From Antedon mediterranea (lineage: Eukaryota > Animalia > Echinodermata): a stretch of DNA of 64,000 nucleotides. The first letter of the stretch is position 1; every line of letters starts with the position of its first letter. The notes beneath the pieces are model-generated. The model searched no databases. It had not been told where the DNA came from and saw only the letters and a program-made list of their open reading frames with translations. Where the stretch lies: positions 3,534,001-3,598,000 of the forward strand of contig NC_092674.1 of the NCBI RefSeq assembly GCF_964355755.1, given 5' to 3'. A program made the translations under genes and the position numbers. Shown piece by piece: positions 36,246 through 51,200 of this stretch.

Positions 36246-39200
36246 TTACCATTTTCCTTTAAAGAACCAGTTTAATAAACGTTTTTTAGAAGTGTCCACT
36301 TCACAACCATCATTTGAAGAGATGCCTCTTGGTAGCACCATACGTTTGACATTTGTTTTGATGATCTCATGTTGATATTCATAAGGCATCAGAGGAACCT
36401 TGCGCTTCAACACTAAAAGGAAACAATAAAAAAATTAAAACTATATTAATCAACTATCAAGCTAAAATTTATATGTTAAATCTGTTACATCGGTCAGATG
36501 TTCTGCCCTACTCTGACATAATTTGTACTAATTTATATTAAGTACATTGAGAATATTTGTGAAAAAAAAAAAATTCTTGGATTCAACAAATAAAAAAATA
36601 TGCATACATAAATACAGAGAGAATTACTGAAAGAAATGAAAACTTTCTGGAAATCTTACATGTATCTGATGGTTTGATTGGTTTTTCTGTTAATGCAGCA
36701 TTTTTCATGGCAGCTTCTCTTGCACTGGATGACACTATACTGCCTAAAAAAAGAAGAAATTCCACTTTATTACAGAACAAACTTTTCTTAGAAAATTTCT
36801 TACAGTTTACACATTATACAGACTCTCTAAATGGCATTACCATTTAAAAGAACTTCATTACCTTAATAAGTAAACAAATTTCAAATCCACCTACCCCTTT
36901 CTTCTTCTTCATGTTTCAATACTCGCTCCCGGTGAAATGATTTCATCCATTTCTGTTTCTCTTCTGGAGATTTAGTACAGAAAATGTAAGTTTTGCCACA
37001 CTCATGGTCCAAGATTTTCCATGCATTACGAATGTCTATTTCAGGAGAACAAAATTTATAAAATTAAACTTGATGTACTCTATTACAATAGAACAGTACA
37101 GTACTACTACTACTACTTGAAAATTATGCTAGAAGTGGGCTTATCCTAGGGTGGGCTTAAATTCGAGTACGGGTATAAATATTAAGTATACCTTTGGTGT
37201 CAACGACCTCCTGGAAGCTACAGTAATCAAGGTTAATTCTGTTTTTATAAACAAGTTGACTTCTCCAAAGTATATCCTATAAAAAAATAAAAACACATTA
37301 CAGTAGTTATAAATAAAAACATTATTTTCATAGAATTTTTATTTATACTCTATAAATACTACAGGTATAGAGTATCACAGTGTGACGTCACAATGATAGA
37401 GGGCGCTGCATGGTTGCTAGCCAACCAAAAAATGCGTTCAGCACTACTATGTTGATAAACAGTAAAGATCTGTATTTCTATCAAATTATGTATCCTAGCT
37501 TGATTTTTTTTTAAACTTAAACTGTAGTTGAAGAATAAATAGATTATTAAAAACAAATATTTAGTGATCTTTTGAAATTTTAGTTTGTTTTTATTGAAAA
37601 TTATTAAGTTTTAAAATGACTACTTCAATAAGCCTATTCCAAACCATTGGTGATCTTGAAGTCACTCAGGCAGGCTGAACGCATTTTTGGTTGCGCTAGC
37701 AACCACGCAGCGCCACCTACCGTTAGACGTCAGCACCTTGATACTTTATGTTTAATTAGATATTTGTTTGGCTATACTTTGCATAAAATACTATATTTTA
37801 AATTTTAAATAATACATTAATTTTATATTTGTTTGGTTATACTTACTCTTTTACATAAAATTAATTGATGGTCAAAAAGAAAAAGAACACGCCCTGTTCT
37901 TCTGAGACCTGAATGTGAAATTTTAAAAACTTCACCGGAATGTAGAGATTGGGTGCTCACTTCAAGTACATCTTTACCCTATGATTCGATACATAAAGAT
38001 ATATTAGTACAGAAAAACGTAATAAAACATGTACTTTATTATGTCATTAGTTAAAATGATTACTGTACAATTATTATCTTCAGAGAATAAATTTGTTGCC
38101 TGTTGTCAAATGTTTGGGTGAAAGTAAAATCAGTTAAATGTAACATTTAGTTCTTTTTCTCAGTTGTTAAAACAAGCAAATTAAGTGTTGTGAAATCCCA
38201 GAAAGCAAGCGCTTGAGATAAGCTGCCGCTTAACACTGGGGTTAACCTGCAATTGCTTAGCAATATAATTACTGCAGCAACTGCAGTAGAACTGGTATCA
38301 ATCATAGCATACCTCCCATCCCTCTATACTTTTTTGCCACTGTGCTATTTTCTCAATGTTTTCAATAAGTCGTTTCTGTTCGTTGATCTCGAATGCTACG
38401 TTCCTCATTGTTTCCAAGGCTTGTTTGACGTTATCATAATCGGGATGGTCTGAAGGGGTGTATTTAAGTAGTTCGGCCAGCTGCAGAGGGTACTTGCAAA
38501 TTCGCTGAACAGGAGTAAGCAGAAACCCATCTATACGAATCTCAATCATAGCCTGTAATAATCGGCAAGCCTAAAAAAACAAGTTAAAAAAAGTTATTTT
38601 GTATAATACTATTTACTATTTATTGAAATAAGGTTGCTGAAGTTTTTAAAGCCAAGTTGTCTACACTATCAAACTTTATGTGATAAAAAATGTGATATGC
38701 CCAAATATGAACACGATGATGTCATATCACTATGATATTTGGGCACATCACACAAGTAGTTTGATAGTGTAGACAGAGCTTAAAAGCAGTGTTATCATAC
38801 TTCAAAAAAGTGTTTATATCGTTGTCGTCTAAGCAGCTGTCGTAGTTCTGTGATAGCTCGACTGTGGTTGCTGCAGTAGCCTGCGTATATACTGAAACCA
38901 TCCTTCTACAAAACAAGAAAGAAAAGACAAAACCATTACAACAACGAATTATCATGTAATATTTAAAAGTAAAGACTATAATTCTGAGGGCACTATCAAT
39001 CTTTCATTTTTACACTTCTATTGAGTCTTGCTATCAGGTGCTTGTATAATTCCTGAGCGTGCACAGATTGACTTTTCGACTCAACAGCTGCATATAACAC
39101 ATGTGTTGCGCCATGAAACTAAACTATTGCTATTAACCAACTACACCTACATATCTTAAGAAGCAACTGCCTATTTCACTCTTGTGAGGTTCATCCTGGT

Positions 39201-42200
39201 TTATCCGTTTGGTGAGTTTCCGTAGAAATCTACATTGAAAAACATAAATATCTTCTATATTCCCAAATATTGTTTGAATAATTTCTTCTGAAAACATCTC
39301 CGGCCGTTTCCTTGCTTGTTTAACATAACCCTACAAAAAATGAATAAAAACGAACTATTATTCTTCTTCTAAAAGATCCTATAGTATATTTAGTATCTTA
39401 TAAGATGAAATGGTGAATCCTATAGGATGAAATTGGTATCCTATAGAATTAATTCAGTCTCTTACAAGTATCCTATAGAAATATGTATGATGTTCAATCT
39501 TGAACTGAAATGAATGTCCTACAAGAACCCTTAAGAGCTGAAATTAGTGTCATACATCTTTCACGCAACTCTTTGCTTTTAAGCAGTAAAACCTCACCTC
39601 ACATAAATCTTTCAAATGTTTATTGTAATCTTTTTCCGTGTTTAAAATCTCCATGACAACATTTGTTCTGACTTGACGTTTACTGAGGAAGCTCATACTG
39701 GTTGGTCTAGCCGTGTCGTCAGCGTTGAACTGGCCTGAACTTAACTTTTCAAAATGCTCCTCTGCAGTTTCACTTTGATTTACACGAATCTAAATAAGAC
39801 AATTAATATTTTCATTTCAAGTCAAGTCAAGTATCATTTATTATCATTTGTTTTAAGAAAAAACATATAAATTCTGTTTGCTCTGTTGGCGGAGCACAAT
39901 ATCCAACGGACACAACACGAACTCAAAAACAAAAACATTACAAAAAAAGTGTCTACATTATGTTTAAGGCTCTAATAGCTCCTGTTATAAATTTATTTCA
40001 TAACATAAAAAGTTTATTGTAAATGGTATTACTGTACAAGAAATAGGCAACCAGGAGTATGTAAGTTAGGTCAATATAGTACTTGTGGGTACACAATAGA
40101 CACACCACAGCCATGCAATACCTTGTTCATCATCATTAGTTAAAGTACTAACAATTTGTATACTGGTACTAGTGAAAAATATTGTGAAAAAACAACTAAT
40201 AAAAAAATGTGCAATATTACAATAACTTCCAGAAAAGATCTGTGAAAAGTATCATTTCAGTCAATCATGCGGTTTAAGAGCCATAAAGCTTTCAAGATAT
40301 AAACACTGACCCTGACAAATGATGCTGGAAACCAGCCCTCCTGGTCATCCACTTCACCCCACCACCACTCCTTATCTTGCAAGTCAGTCACTCCTATCAC
40401 ATCACCAGCTTTGAAAGCTAGTTCATCCTCGTCCATAGTAACATGATCCCATAATGCTTCACCGTAAACCAGCACGCCCTCTTCGGTCATCTGAAATACC
40501 AAATTAAAGAATAGTGTTCAAGTAAATTCATTATTAGCTAGTCTAGTATTGAATCAACATTGTACTCTATGCAAATACTTGTTTAAAAGAAAGTACTCAG
40601 AAACTGAGTTAAGTACTTGGTAAAATATTGTCACAGAGGGCACATGTTGATATTTCATGTTGATCATGTTAAAAAGAATACAAAGTTTCCTTTTTTTTAT
40701 TTGTGAAGTTTATTAATGAACTGATTTTCTTGAATTTCATTAGCCATGTTCTGTATGTATATACCTATTTACACCGAAAAATTTAGAACAGTAACTTGAA
40801 GGCGCTATCGTGCTAACAAACAAACAAAGCACATACTACACTTGGTAAAGTAATAAATGAAGGTAAAATCATTTTGTTCATCAGTAGGTAAATTGTCACT
40901 CACATTGTTTGTAGTCGTTATGCACATGTCCTCCGCTAAAGTATCCGTGCTTAAGGAATGATGCATGAACCCATGGTGTCGATGATCAACTGTGCCTAAG
41001 GATTGAAGCAAACAATGGGCTAGCACAATGGCTAATGTATTCTAAAGCTCTGTCTACAATATGAAACCTAGTTTGACGAAAAAGTGTGATGTGCCCAAAT
41101 CTGGTGGTGAAATTACATCATCATGTCCATATTATGGGCACATCACATTTTTAGTCACATAAAGTTTGATAGTGTAGACAGAGCTTAAAGATCAGGCAGA
41201 CCCCAAAAAAAAATTTATTTTTCTAAAAATAAATAAATAATATAAATATCTTCTTAAGTTCAACACTTCATTTCACCATTTTCAGGTGCTGTACCCCCAC
41301 TATTTCTAAATCCTGGAATCGTCACTGAAGATTGTCTGCATACAAAAAGGAGTGGTCACAATACAAACTGCGGGGTCACTTACCATTTGACAGTAGTTGG
41401 TTTGAGGCATTGTACAGGTGTTTTTTGTCCAGATCTCCAGGTGTGCTCTGTGACCTCTTGATCACTGGACGTGGACTATCAACCTTGTGCAGCACAATAG
41501 GGATAGAACCCTATCATAAAATAAAAACAATTTAACATGAAGACTCATCATCTGTGTTGGTGTATATCAAATTAATATATTTATATATGACTAGTGCACA
41601 ATTCTGAGTATATTCAAGTATTAATTTACGTTTTCTCTTCATGTGACAATAAAATGCATAAGTAACAATCATACAGTGTATGTGACATTCATACAGTATA
41701 TGTGACAATCATACAGTGTATGTGACAACCTTACAGTTTATGTGGCAACCATACAATATATGTGACAATCATACAGTGTATGTGACAATCATACAGTGTA
41801 TGTGACAATCATACAGTATATGTGAGAACCATACAGTATATTTGACAATCATACAGTATATGTGACAATCATAGAGTATATGTGACAATCACTATACAGT
41901 ATGTGACAATTATACAGTATATGTGACAATCATTTATGTGACAACCATACAGTATAATGACAACCATACGGTTTATGTGACAATCATACAGTATTATGTG
42001 ACAATCAATTCATACAGTATTCAAGGCAAATAGTTTATCAACAGCCAAGTTGTAAACACTAAAGTTAACACCATAAAATACTATCACAATCTACCTTTCT
42101 GGTTCTTGGTGGGGTTGATTCTCCATTCAAGGCAAAGTCAAAGTTCATAGGTCCAAGGTCAGAAACTGGTCTTGAGTCCAATCCTCTATTTCGATTCGTC

Positions 42201-45200
42201 CTCATCTTGACGACCTCCTTGTTCTCGGCTTCTTCAGAATCGCCACTTGTCAGCATACTACTCTCAGAATCTCTACGAGGTAATGTTCTTGATGATTCCT
42301 CCCTTTGTGTGAGTCTTTCTGCATTTAATAAAATTTCATTTGCAGCTGCAGGAAAACAAAGTAAAGTTAAAGATATGTGGTTTTGCCTAGAAACAAAAGT
42401 CTATCGCGCAAAACTGTAGTTTAAAGAAAAAAACCAGAAGCTCATTGACAAGGCAATCAATAGTGTGTATCTCTACATTAAAATCTAATTAAAAAATTAA
42501 AAACTGGAGAAAAAAATTCAACCTTTTTCAATAAGTTCACGCTCTGCAGCTTCTTTCATTGCCGCACGTTCTGCTGCTTTCAAAGCGGCCTTGATTGTGT
42601 TCTTCCCACCTAAATCAGACTTGGAACGTCTTGGTGCCCTTCTTGGCTTTGGTGGTCGATCCTTCAGTGATGGTTTCTCGTCATCCATGTTTCTACTGCT
42701 CTCACGAGATGAACTTGACGGACTGTCACAGCGATACAGATCAAATATCGGAGTAGACTTTGGACGTGGAAAGTTCCGTCCTTTTGGTCTTCGTAGAACT
42801 AAACCTGAAGAAAAATATTTAGTTTTTAATTGCTGTGCTCTTCTTGCTACCTAAATGCCAGAACCCAAAGCATAGGAACCAACAGAATTCTAGCAACTCA
42901 AATGATCTTTAGTATCTTAAGGCAAAACTTCACCCAATAGGGACTAGACGGATATTAAAATGAAAATGAAATAAAAGACTGTTTGTATAAAACATTTCCT
43001 GTAGATTAAAAGGCATGACACGATTGTGATTTTCCTTAAATTATACAGAGAGAACCACTAAAAAACAACTCAGCAATTGTACCAAAATTGATTATAAATG
43101 GTTGCACCAATTATTAGATTCAAACACCTCTACCTTTTATGTTAAAATATGGATAGTTAAAAACACATACATTTATCAGTTTGGAATTCCTTAAACATAA
43201 AGACACAGTAAAGGCTAACACACATTTAAACTTTACAACAAAAAATGAATTATTCAGTAATATTCCATTCAGTAATTTCGAATTTTTAAAATTCCTGTGA
43301 GTCAACAAAAAAAACCACTAATTTATTTTAATATCAATGTTCCAAACTTGACAACAAATTCTAAATATGCACATTTAACTTAATAAACACACTACACTGT
43401 CATTTTTACAAAGTTTCAAAATGTTAGAAATAAATAATTCAATTTTTTAGAAAAATAAAAACACTTACTACCTTATTTTTTGTGTTGTCATCAAGGAAAA
43501 AAATGGTTTATTAATCCATAAACTTTGTAAATGAGTTGTAGTGTAGAAATACAGTAGTGATAGGGGTATGAGTCAATGGGGGAAGTGTCTGGTGTATGAC
43601 TCAATCCTGTTGAACTTCAATCATTACAAGATTGAGGGCAGGCTTTAATTTGTAGCAATTATATCCTGTTATTTAAAATGGGGAATCCCTCTATTTTGAA
43701 ACAAACTTATATTATGTTTATATCTGAAAGTAATGCACCTGAGCTTAAACAACCCCACCTACTTACAATATTCTGCACAAACTTACCTGATCTAATAAAA
43801 TGGTTCAATAATTAACTAAAGCCGTGTTTGCACTGGACTTAAAAAATGGTACATTAACCATGGCAACTTTACCAAAGCCATAGTAATTTGTTCATTCAGT
43901 TAGTTTTAGCATGGTTTTACCAAGCTTTAACAGCTCCATTGGACCTTTAAGTTGTTTAATTTAACCCAGAGCGATTGTAGCCAGCGTTCATAGTTTTGGA
44001 CAATTTTATTTAGCGATTCAGTTAATTTGACCAAATAAAGTACAGTGCGATCGAGACTTAAGTCATGATCAAGGTATACCGTACCTGTAGAGACATTAAG
44101 GTGGTCAAATGGTGTTAAGTTAGAGGCATCTGCGCCATTGCTAAGGTCACATGATAGAGGTTGCGATAACGATTGTGACAAATTGCTGGAAGATTCAAAA
44201 CTCGTCAAACTTGAGCTGTCTGAAGAACCCTGAAAAACATGACATTTCTAATTAGAGCATAATTCTTGTCAGTCATATAGTAAATGTAATATCCTAGTGT
44301 TGTGAGTATTGTTTCCTTATGAAGATTGACTGATAAGATTACAAGCTAAAAATAACCTACAAAATCAAAGGAAATCTTTGTATCTTATCACACAATGTCT
44401 AGTACCCCCTCTATAATTTACAATAGAAGTTTAAAGGCGAGTTTACACTAGCAAACTTTTACAAACGCCAAATTTGTCCAAAAAAGTTTTCCAAGGATTG
44501 CTAGTAAAGATCAATTGACAAACTTCATAAAACAAGTTTGTAGACGTCTACACACTAGAAAACAAGTTTGTAGAAGTCTACACACAAGAAAACATTAGTT
44601 TGCAAAGTTTGATAAAATTTGCTAGTGCAGACTAGGATTTCTAAACCTGGTCACAAACGCTCCAAATACTTTGAAATGGCCAAATATTTCTGGTTTCCCA
44701 ACAAATTCTAATATTTTTAATTGGTGAAAAACTATTCTTTGAAAAATCAATAAAACAATGAATAACTTTTGGATTGGAACAAGAAAGTATCATCATTTCC
44801 AAACACAATTCATATATACTCTTAGCTTAATCAAGTTAATATATATTCTACATAAACAGTAGAGCATGCAAACATTTTAATAATTAAATTTGTAAAAAAA
44901 TGTGAAAATAACTTACCAAAACAAAACTAATAATATTCCGGTTTTTAAGGTAAAAACATTAAATACAAGCAATGCATTTTGCAAGATGAATCTTCCATTC
45001 AATTTTTATAATTTATTTGTGATAATATTACCCATGAATAATTAAAATTCAAGTTGAAAATAAAATGTTTAAGTTCACTGAAGCGTGACAGCAGGAAGAT
45101 GATTTGCCAAAGTTAATTTTGAGGAAGTGTACGCAATCTGTCGTTAATGCTTCACGCTTCCAAGACGCAGCGACAAACACTACGAACCAACAGAGTGTGA

Positions 45201-48200
45201 CGAACATATGCACATGCTCAGAAATCAATGTTTATGTGTGATTCCTGTACTTACTGTACATGTCTAGTTCTCTAAGTCTGGTTTTCAAATACATTTCAAA
45301 TCTCAACTTAAAAGGGAAAGAAAAAAAACCAAAAAACTAAGAAATTTAAAAACAAAAGTGATTCTCACCTCAAGGTTAGCCTTTGAAAGAGCTAACTGAT
45401 CTTCAATCAACTTCTCTGATACAACATCATTATTTGAAGAACTTGATCGTAAAGGAAGATCTCCCAAAACCCCTGAAACTCTTGTCAATGGTTTATGCCC
45501 ATCCGTACAATCATATGTCCGTGTCTTATCACCTTGCTTAACAACTAATGAGTCGCTGTTCATTTTCGTAACAGGTTTATGAGAGATGCCCTGTCCAAAT
45601 CTTTGCAAAGACATTGATTTTGTAATAAACCTTTCACGATTCAGATCATCTGCGTAACTATTGGTTGCGGACATGCCATGTCCAAATCGTTGCAAAGAGC
45701 TAGATTTAGTTATAAATATCTCATTCTCGGGAGATTTCAATCCTGAATGTCTGTGTGTTCTAATCAAATCCGGGGAACTAATTCCCAAATTTGAATGGTC
45801 CAGCAACAATGATCTAATTTGTTTCCTTTTTTCTTTTGATCTACTTGTATGTCTACGTTCAACATCAGATTGTTCTAGGGAATCAGAACGCGTTCTGCTT
45901 GCAACTACTCTTGTTAGAGTTGAATAAGAATCGTTGGCCGGTTTTAAACACTTATGTTTTAGACCAGGACTTCCTAGAGGAGTACTAACTGGAGTGATGC
46001 GTGTGCTTGCTGGTGCACTTCTTAGTCCTATTTTAGATTCTTTTAAAGAGCTCCACTTTTTAGTTGGTTTTGGGATATGATTACTGCCATAAATGATATT
46101 AGAATTTGAAGATTTTCTGTCCTCTCTCCTATTACGTTCATTCTGTGGAGAGCTGCTTCGTGAATGAGTTATTAACATCTTCTGATTCATCTCTGTAATT
46201 TGACTGATAAGGTGGAAATCATTTTCAATATCAAGAGGTCGAAGGTCAGGCTCGTCAGCAATGTCAAGTCGTCCTTCGTCTATTGCACGAGTAAGACTGT
46301 TTGATCTTCGCCGATGAAGTGGTTTCAGATGCTCATCAACAGCATCATCATCTTGACATGGTGTGCTACTTCTTGGACCATCAAATACTTCAGAGCTTCT
46401 TGTACTGAATGAACTAAGTGTACCAGAAGTGCGTCTGCTATCGTGGGAAGCATCTCCAGTTACAACAATACCAGGCACATGGTTTATTGTCCTCACAGAA
46501 GGTACAGTCTCACATCTTTTTCTTCTTAAATTTTGTTTAAAACTTGGCCAAACAAGTTCAGTTGGACTTCCTGGAGAGTGATCCTTTCCATCGCTAACAA
46601 TGTGTGCCATTCTCTTTGAGTTATCAACCTGGTCAAGGTGCGTTTCCAACAAGCCATCCTGGTAAGCCACTCGTCCTCTAGCATTTTTTATCATTCCCAT
46701 TTGTCTTGCTCTTTCAGTTGCACTATCCGTCATTCCATTCCAACTACGTGGCCGAGGTAGACTTCTTGATCCTCGTCGTGTGACTGTATTTGGCTCCAGA
46801 TTTGGTGTGTCCTCCTTTTCACGCTCAGCTTTGACTCTCTCCAAGTGGTGTTGAAGTTCTTCGGGTTCTAGACGCCAATCAGCTTTGTTTGTTTCTTGAA
46901 GACTGTCATCTCTAGAGTCGTTAATGCTGGATTTACTGCTACCTCTTTCATTCTGTTGACCCACATGCGTCTACAAAGAAAAGGTAAAATTATTTATTAT
47001 TCTTATTTTATAAACAATCAGCATAAAAAACATAAATATTCAACAACCGTATGAATTGGTTTATTCAATTCAGAATCTTTGAACAAATCAATCTTTGAAC
47101 AGAAAACTTTTTTCATTTAAAAAGAAAGAAGAAATTGAATTTATTGCAAGTTTTCTTTTTCAACGCTCAAAATACTCCGTTAAATACAGTCGCAACTGTT
47201 CAATAGAGAAGTGGGCAAATGATGCAAACACAACCTAACATTTGAACTGTGGAAAATTAAATGTCTTCCTTCTAGAATATAATAAAGAAGATCTGAACAA
47301 GCTGACTGGTGAAGTTAACAATCTCCAAAAGTTTCAGATGTCTTCCAAACAACTTGACTCTCTCATTCTCATTCATTCACGCAAAAACGTACGAGTACTG
47401 ACAAGTGAAAACAATTATTCAGCAATCGAGTGCCGTCAAACTAGAATAGTATTTCAGAAGAAATTGTGTGCGCACCTTCAAGGAAAAGTTCTTCCAGGAA
47501 AAGTTAATGGATCTACCTCGTGCTATCTGCCAAAGAATTAACTGGAACTTTTTCACATCCAATATATTTAGATAGCAACTTGTTTGCAGACAATTACAAT
47601 TTGTGACATCATTGTCATTTCTAATTGTTGGGTATTTAAAATAATAGTTTAGGAAGTGCAGGATTAGGTAATTCAACCGATTCACTGTATTTTAGTAACC
47701 AAATACTTCCTTTTAAACTAACAAGTAAACCACTGATTGTTAATTCGTTTTCCATACTTTTATTGTCACTACCAGACACAGAACTTTCAAAGAGCAAAAA
47801 CATGAGTTACAAGAACATAAACAAGGGTTGAAGATTGAGAGTAGCAAGATGGTCATTTTAAAAAGACCAATGTGCGTACTGTTGCTTAAAGGAACCATAT
47901 CAACTATTGTAGTAAGGTGGAAATGTGATTTAAAAGTATGAATAAAATAATAAATAATTTTCCATTTTGAGAATGCAAATAAAGAATACAGGGTGCATGG
48001 TAACAGGTTGCTAATATTTAAATTTCAGAAAAGCAATGTCTAAAAAATGAGCAAATTTTATTACAAATAAATTAAATCTTTGAAACATTGTACAAACTAC
48101 AAATAAACAAACATTCAAATAAAACAAACTTGATAAAAAACAGATGTTATATATAACATTAACAAATAAAAGCAAAAAGATTCTTTTTAAAAATGTTTAT

Positions 48201-51200
48201 GAAACTGAAACAGAGAAATTAAGTTTATGTATCGAGTGACAGGTGCTAGTGTGTTAAAGTTTATAATGATATACATTCGTGTCCCCTCATAAACAAACCC
48301 TCTATGCAGACAATGTAAATTCTGAACTTGTTGGGGAATTGTGAAACCCTTTTATTACATCGTCAGCAAAACTGTGGAGTTTAAATAAATAGTCAACGAC
48401 TGTGTTATAAATGGTGTGCAACCTGGTGTCTAGATTTTTTATAGTAAAAATGTGAAAAATAATATTTACAATGTTCAGAATTATTATATGCTGTTTTGCT
48501 ATGAGGTGCCACAATGAATACATATTTTGTTTGTATAATTATTAAATGGCATTGTTTAAAGATATATAAAATTGGCACCTCATACTTTGCATGCTGTGTT
48601 TGTGGTAAGTAAAACCAGTGTGACAGTAGGGTTTTAACTGGAATCACACAAACTACAAATATTTCTCAGATTAAGTGTTATACGATAGTACATATGACAC
48701 AATACAAAACCAAAACTATTATTAAACTAAATATGAAAGTGTTACTGTTATCGGTATAAATCATGAGAAATATAGTAATAATAATAGTTCAATCTTATAT
48801 AGCGCATACTGTATAAGCAAGTTTTCAATGCGCTGTACATAATTAAAATAGACAAGAAGTGGCAATAATTTAAACTTATGAAAGACTTCAAATCTTGAAA
48901 GAGTTTAGAGTAGCACACTGTCTGATTGAAATTGGTAAGGAATTCCACAGAGTTGGAGCTGCCACAGCAAAAGCTCTTTAACCATGTAGATGTCTAGTCT
49001 AAGGAACTACTAGCAAACAAATATATTTGTTTACTTTAAATAAGTATATTATAAACTTTGTAGAAACGTTAATTTTATAGGCAATTTTGGCAATGCTTGT
49101 TATATTATAATTAAACCAACTCACAGTCACAACAATCACTGGATTCTGAACAAACATGGTAATTAAATCTTGTTTTCAAACTTCTTTAACTTAACATATT
49201 CACACTGACTATTTATTCTAATAGCATGTACTGTACGTTCACACTGGAAAAGCTAATACCATGTTTAACCCAAAGTCAATATTCCACTGGATAAGCATGT
49301 GTTCGCACTGGATCATGTAACAAGTTGAAACTCTATCTGATATAAATCCAGAAAAGATTTCTTATAAAAGTTTCCACGTCCACACATAAGGTTACTACTG
49401 TCTCGACTTGTTAGTTAGTCGAAAGAGAGCTGCGATAAATATTCATTTTTTATGTTCCAAAAGTATCAAAGTCCAATAGGCAGGTCAGTATCCGATATAC
49501 TTCTTAAAGCAACCAAACATTTAATGACACCAACGGTTTCACTGACGTAGTAAACATGAGAAGTACAGATGTAAGACTAGTCTATTGTACACTATAGACA
49601 AGCATTATGAATTACTGTACAAGTCATTGTTTGGATATTATTGATATTACTCTAGTTCATATCCTGGCCTTGTTTATTTTGAGCCTTGAACCCAGAGCAA
49701 TATATTAAAGCCCATGTGGGATGTATTGTAGGTGTGATTGCTTTTATTCTTCCAAATCTCAAGGTGAATGTTAGTTTTACTATTATTAATTTAATTTTTC
49801 TTGTGTTGAAACCAAAATAATACTAAAAAAAGTTATGGTGGTTTCCCACAACCCTGATCCAAGGATTGGTTATAACAATGTAGAGGTTTAAATTTTAAAC
49901 CATCCGAAAATTGCGTAGATTTTTTCCCAGACAGAATAAAAGCGACAGAAACCGAACCAACACTTGTTTTTATCAGAGATTTGGACCTCAAAACACTTCG
50001 CTGCCATCATTTATGTTAAATAAAATATTTACTATTTTTTGGGTGAAAAAATATTGTCGTCAAAGCATAGAATAAATATTACAAAACATAAAAAACATTT
50101 TTAAAAAAGTACTAAGATAATTTTTCTCCTTAATTTTCAGTTGATGAAAATACATGTATATAATTCTCAACAAAACAAGTTGTACGTAGGCCGACCTAGA
50201 CCTATGTCAGACAATGGATGTGGTATTGTCGTTATCGAATATTCACAAACTTTACATTCCTAATAAATGCACCATAATCTATTCAAAATAAGAAGATCAA
50301 ATGCACAGAAATGAACACTAAAGAGGATTTTTCAATAATCCTGAAAAATTTATATCAGACAAAGCAAAAGAGACACCCACAAAATAAATAGTTATTAGCA
50401 AGTTCTAACGAGGATAAAAAAAAAGCAAATGGCCTGCACTGCTGAGCATAGAGATCCCAAGTGCAATGTATTTTAAATAAAATTCTAAAGCTCTGTTTAC
50501 ACTATCAAACTTTATGTGACAACAAAATGTGATGTGCCCATATATGGACATGATGATGGACCATATATCACTACCATATTTGGGCACATCACACTGGTTT
50601 GATAGTGTAGACAGAGCTTAAGTAAATTTTGGAAGTAAATTTAAAATTAAAGTACCGTAGTGCTCAGTTAATAAATAAAATTTCATTTTGTTATACAACT
50701 TTGTTTACAAAAAATGTGTATGACATAGAATGTTTATAACTTTGTTTCTATAGAAACCGTGAGTTACAGCCAGTTAGTCTAGTCCGCAGACAACCAGTAG
50801 TTAAAGGACAAGTTCAGAATCATCAACAATACAGGATACACACGGCTTCCTGCTTAAAACATGAGTACTTTTACACAAACACAGTAGAAATGCTGAAACC
50901 TGGCGAAGACATAAAGTCTATCTGTATGAAACGAAACACCCGCTTTAACAGTCTCATGTTTCTATTTAATTAACAAACTCACTGAAGCAAATAAAATATT
51001 TCTTTTACAATAGATCACAATCTTAACAGTTTGTAATGAACTTGGATCTATCAATTTCTACTATTAGTCCATCTTTCTTCTAGCAGTGTCGGTGACAATT
51101 AAAATCATTGTCACCTGGATTTATTAAGGGAATTTATTGTTGGCACGACAGTCAATCATTGACATTATTATCATGATTATTAGTACTAATCTGTTTTTAT

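Noticed and set aside
45661-46581. Plus-strand ORFs overlapping RhoGEF exons (also 42207, 42591, 59634)
   Set aside because: Antisense shadows of real minus-strand coding exons.
47242-47685. 99-aa and 88-aa ORFs
   Set aside because: No recognisable domain, non-ATG starts, and no compatible splice sites found.
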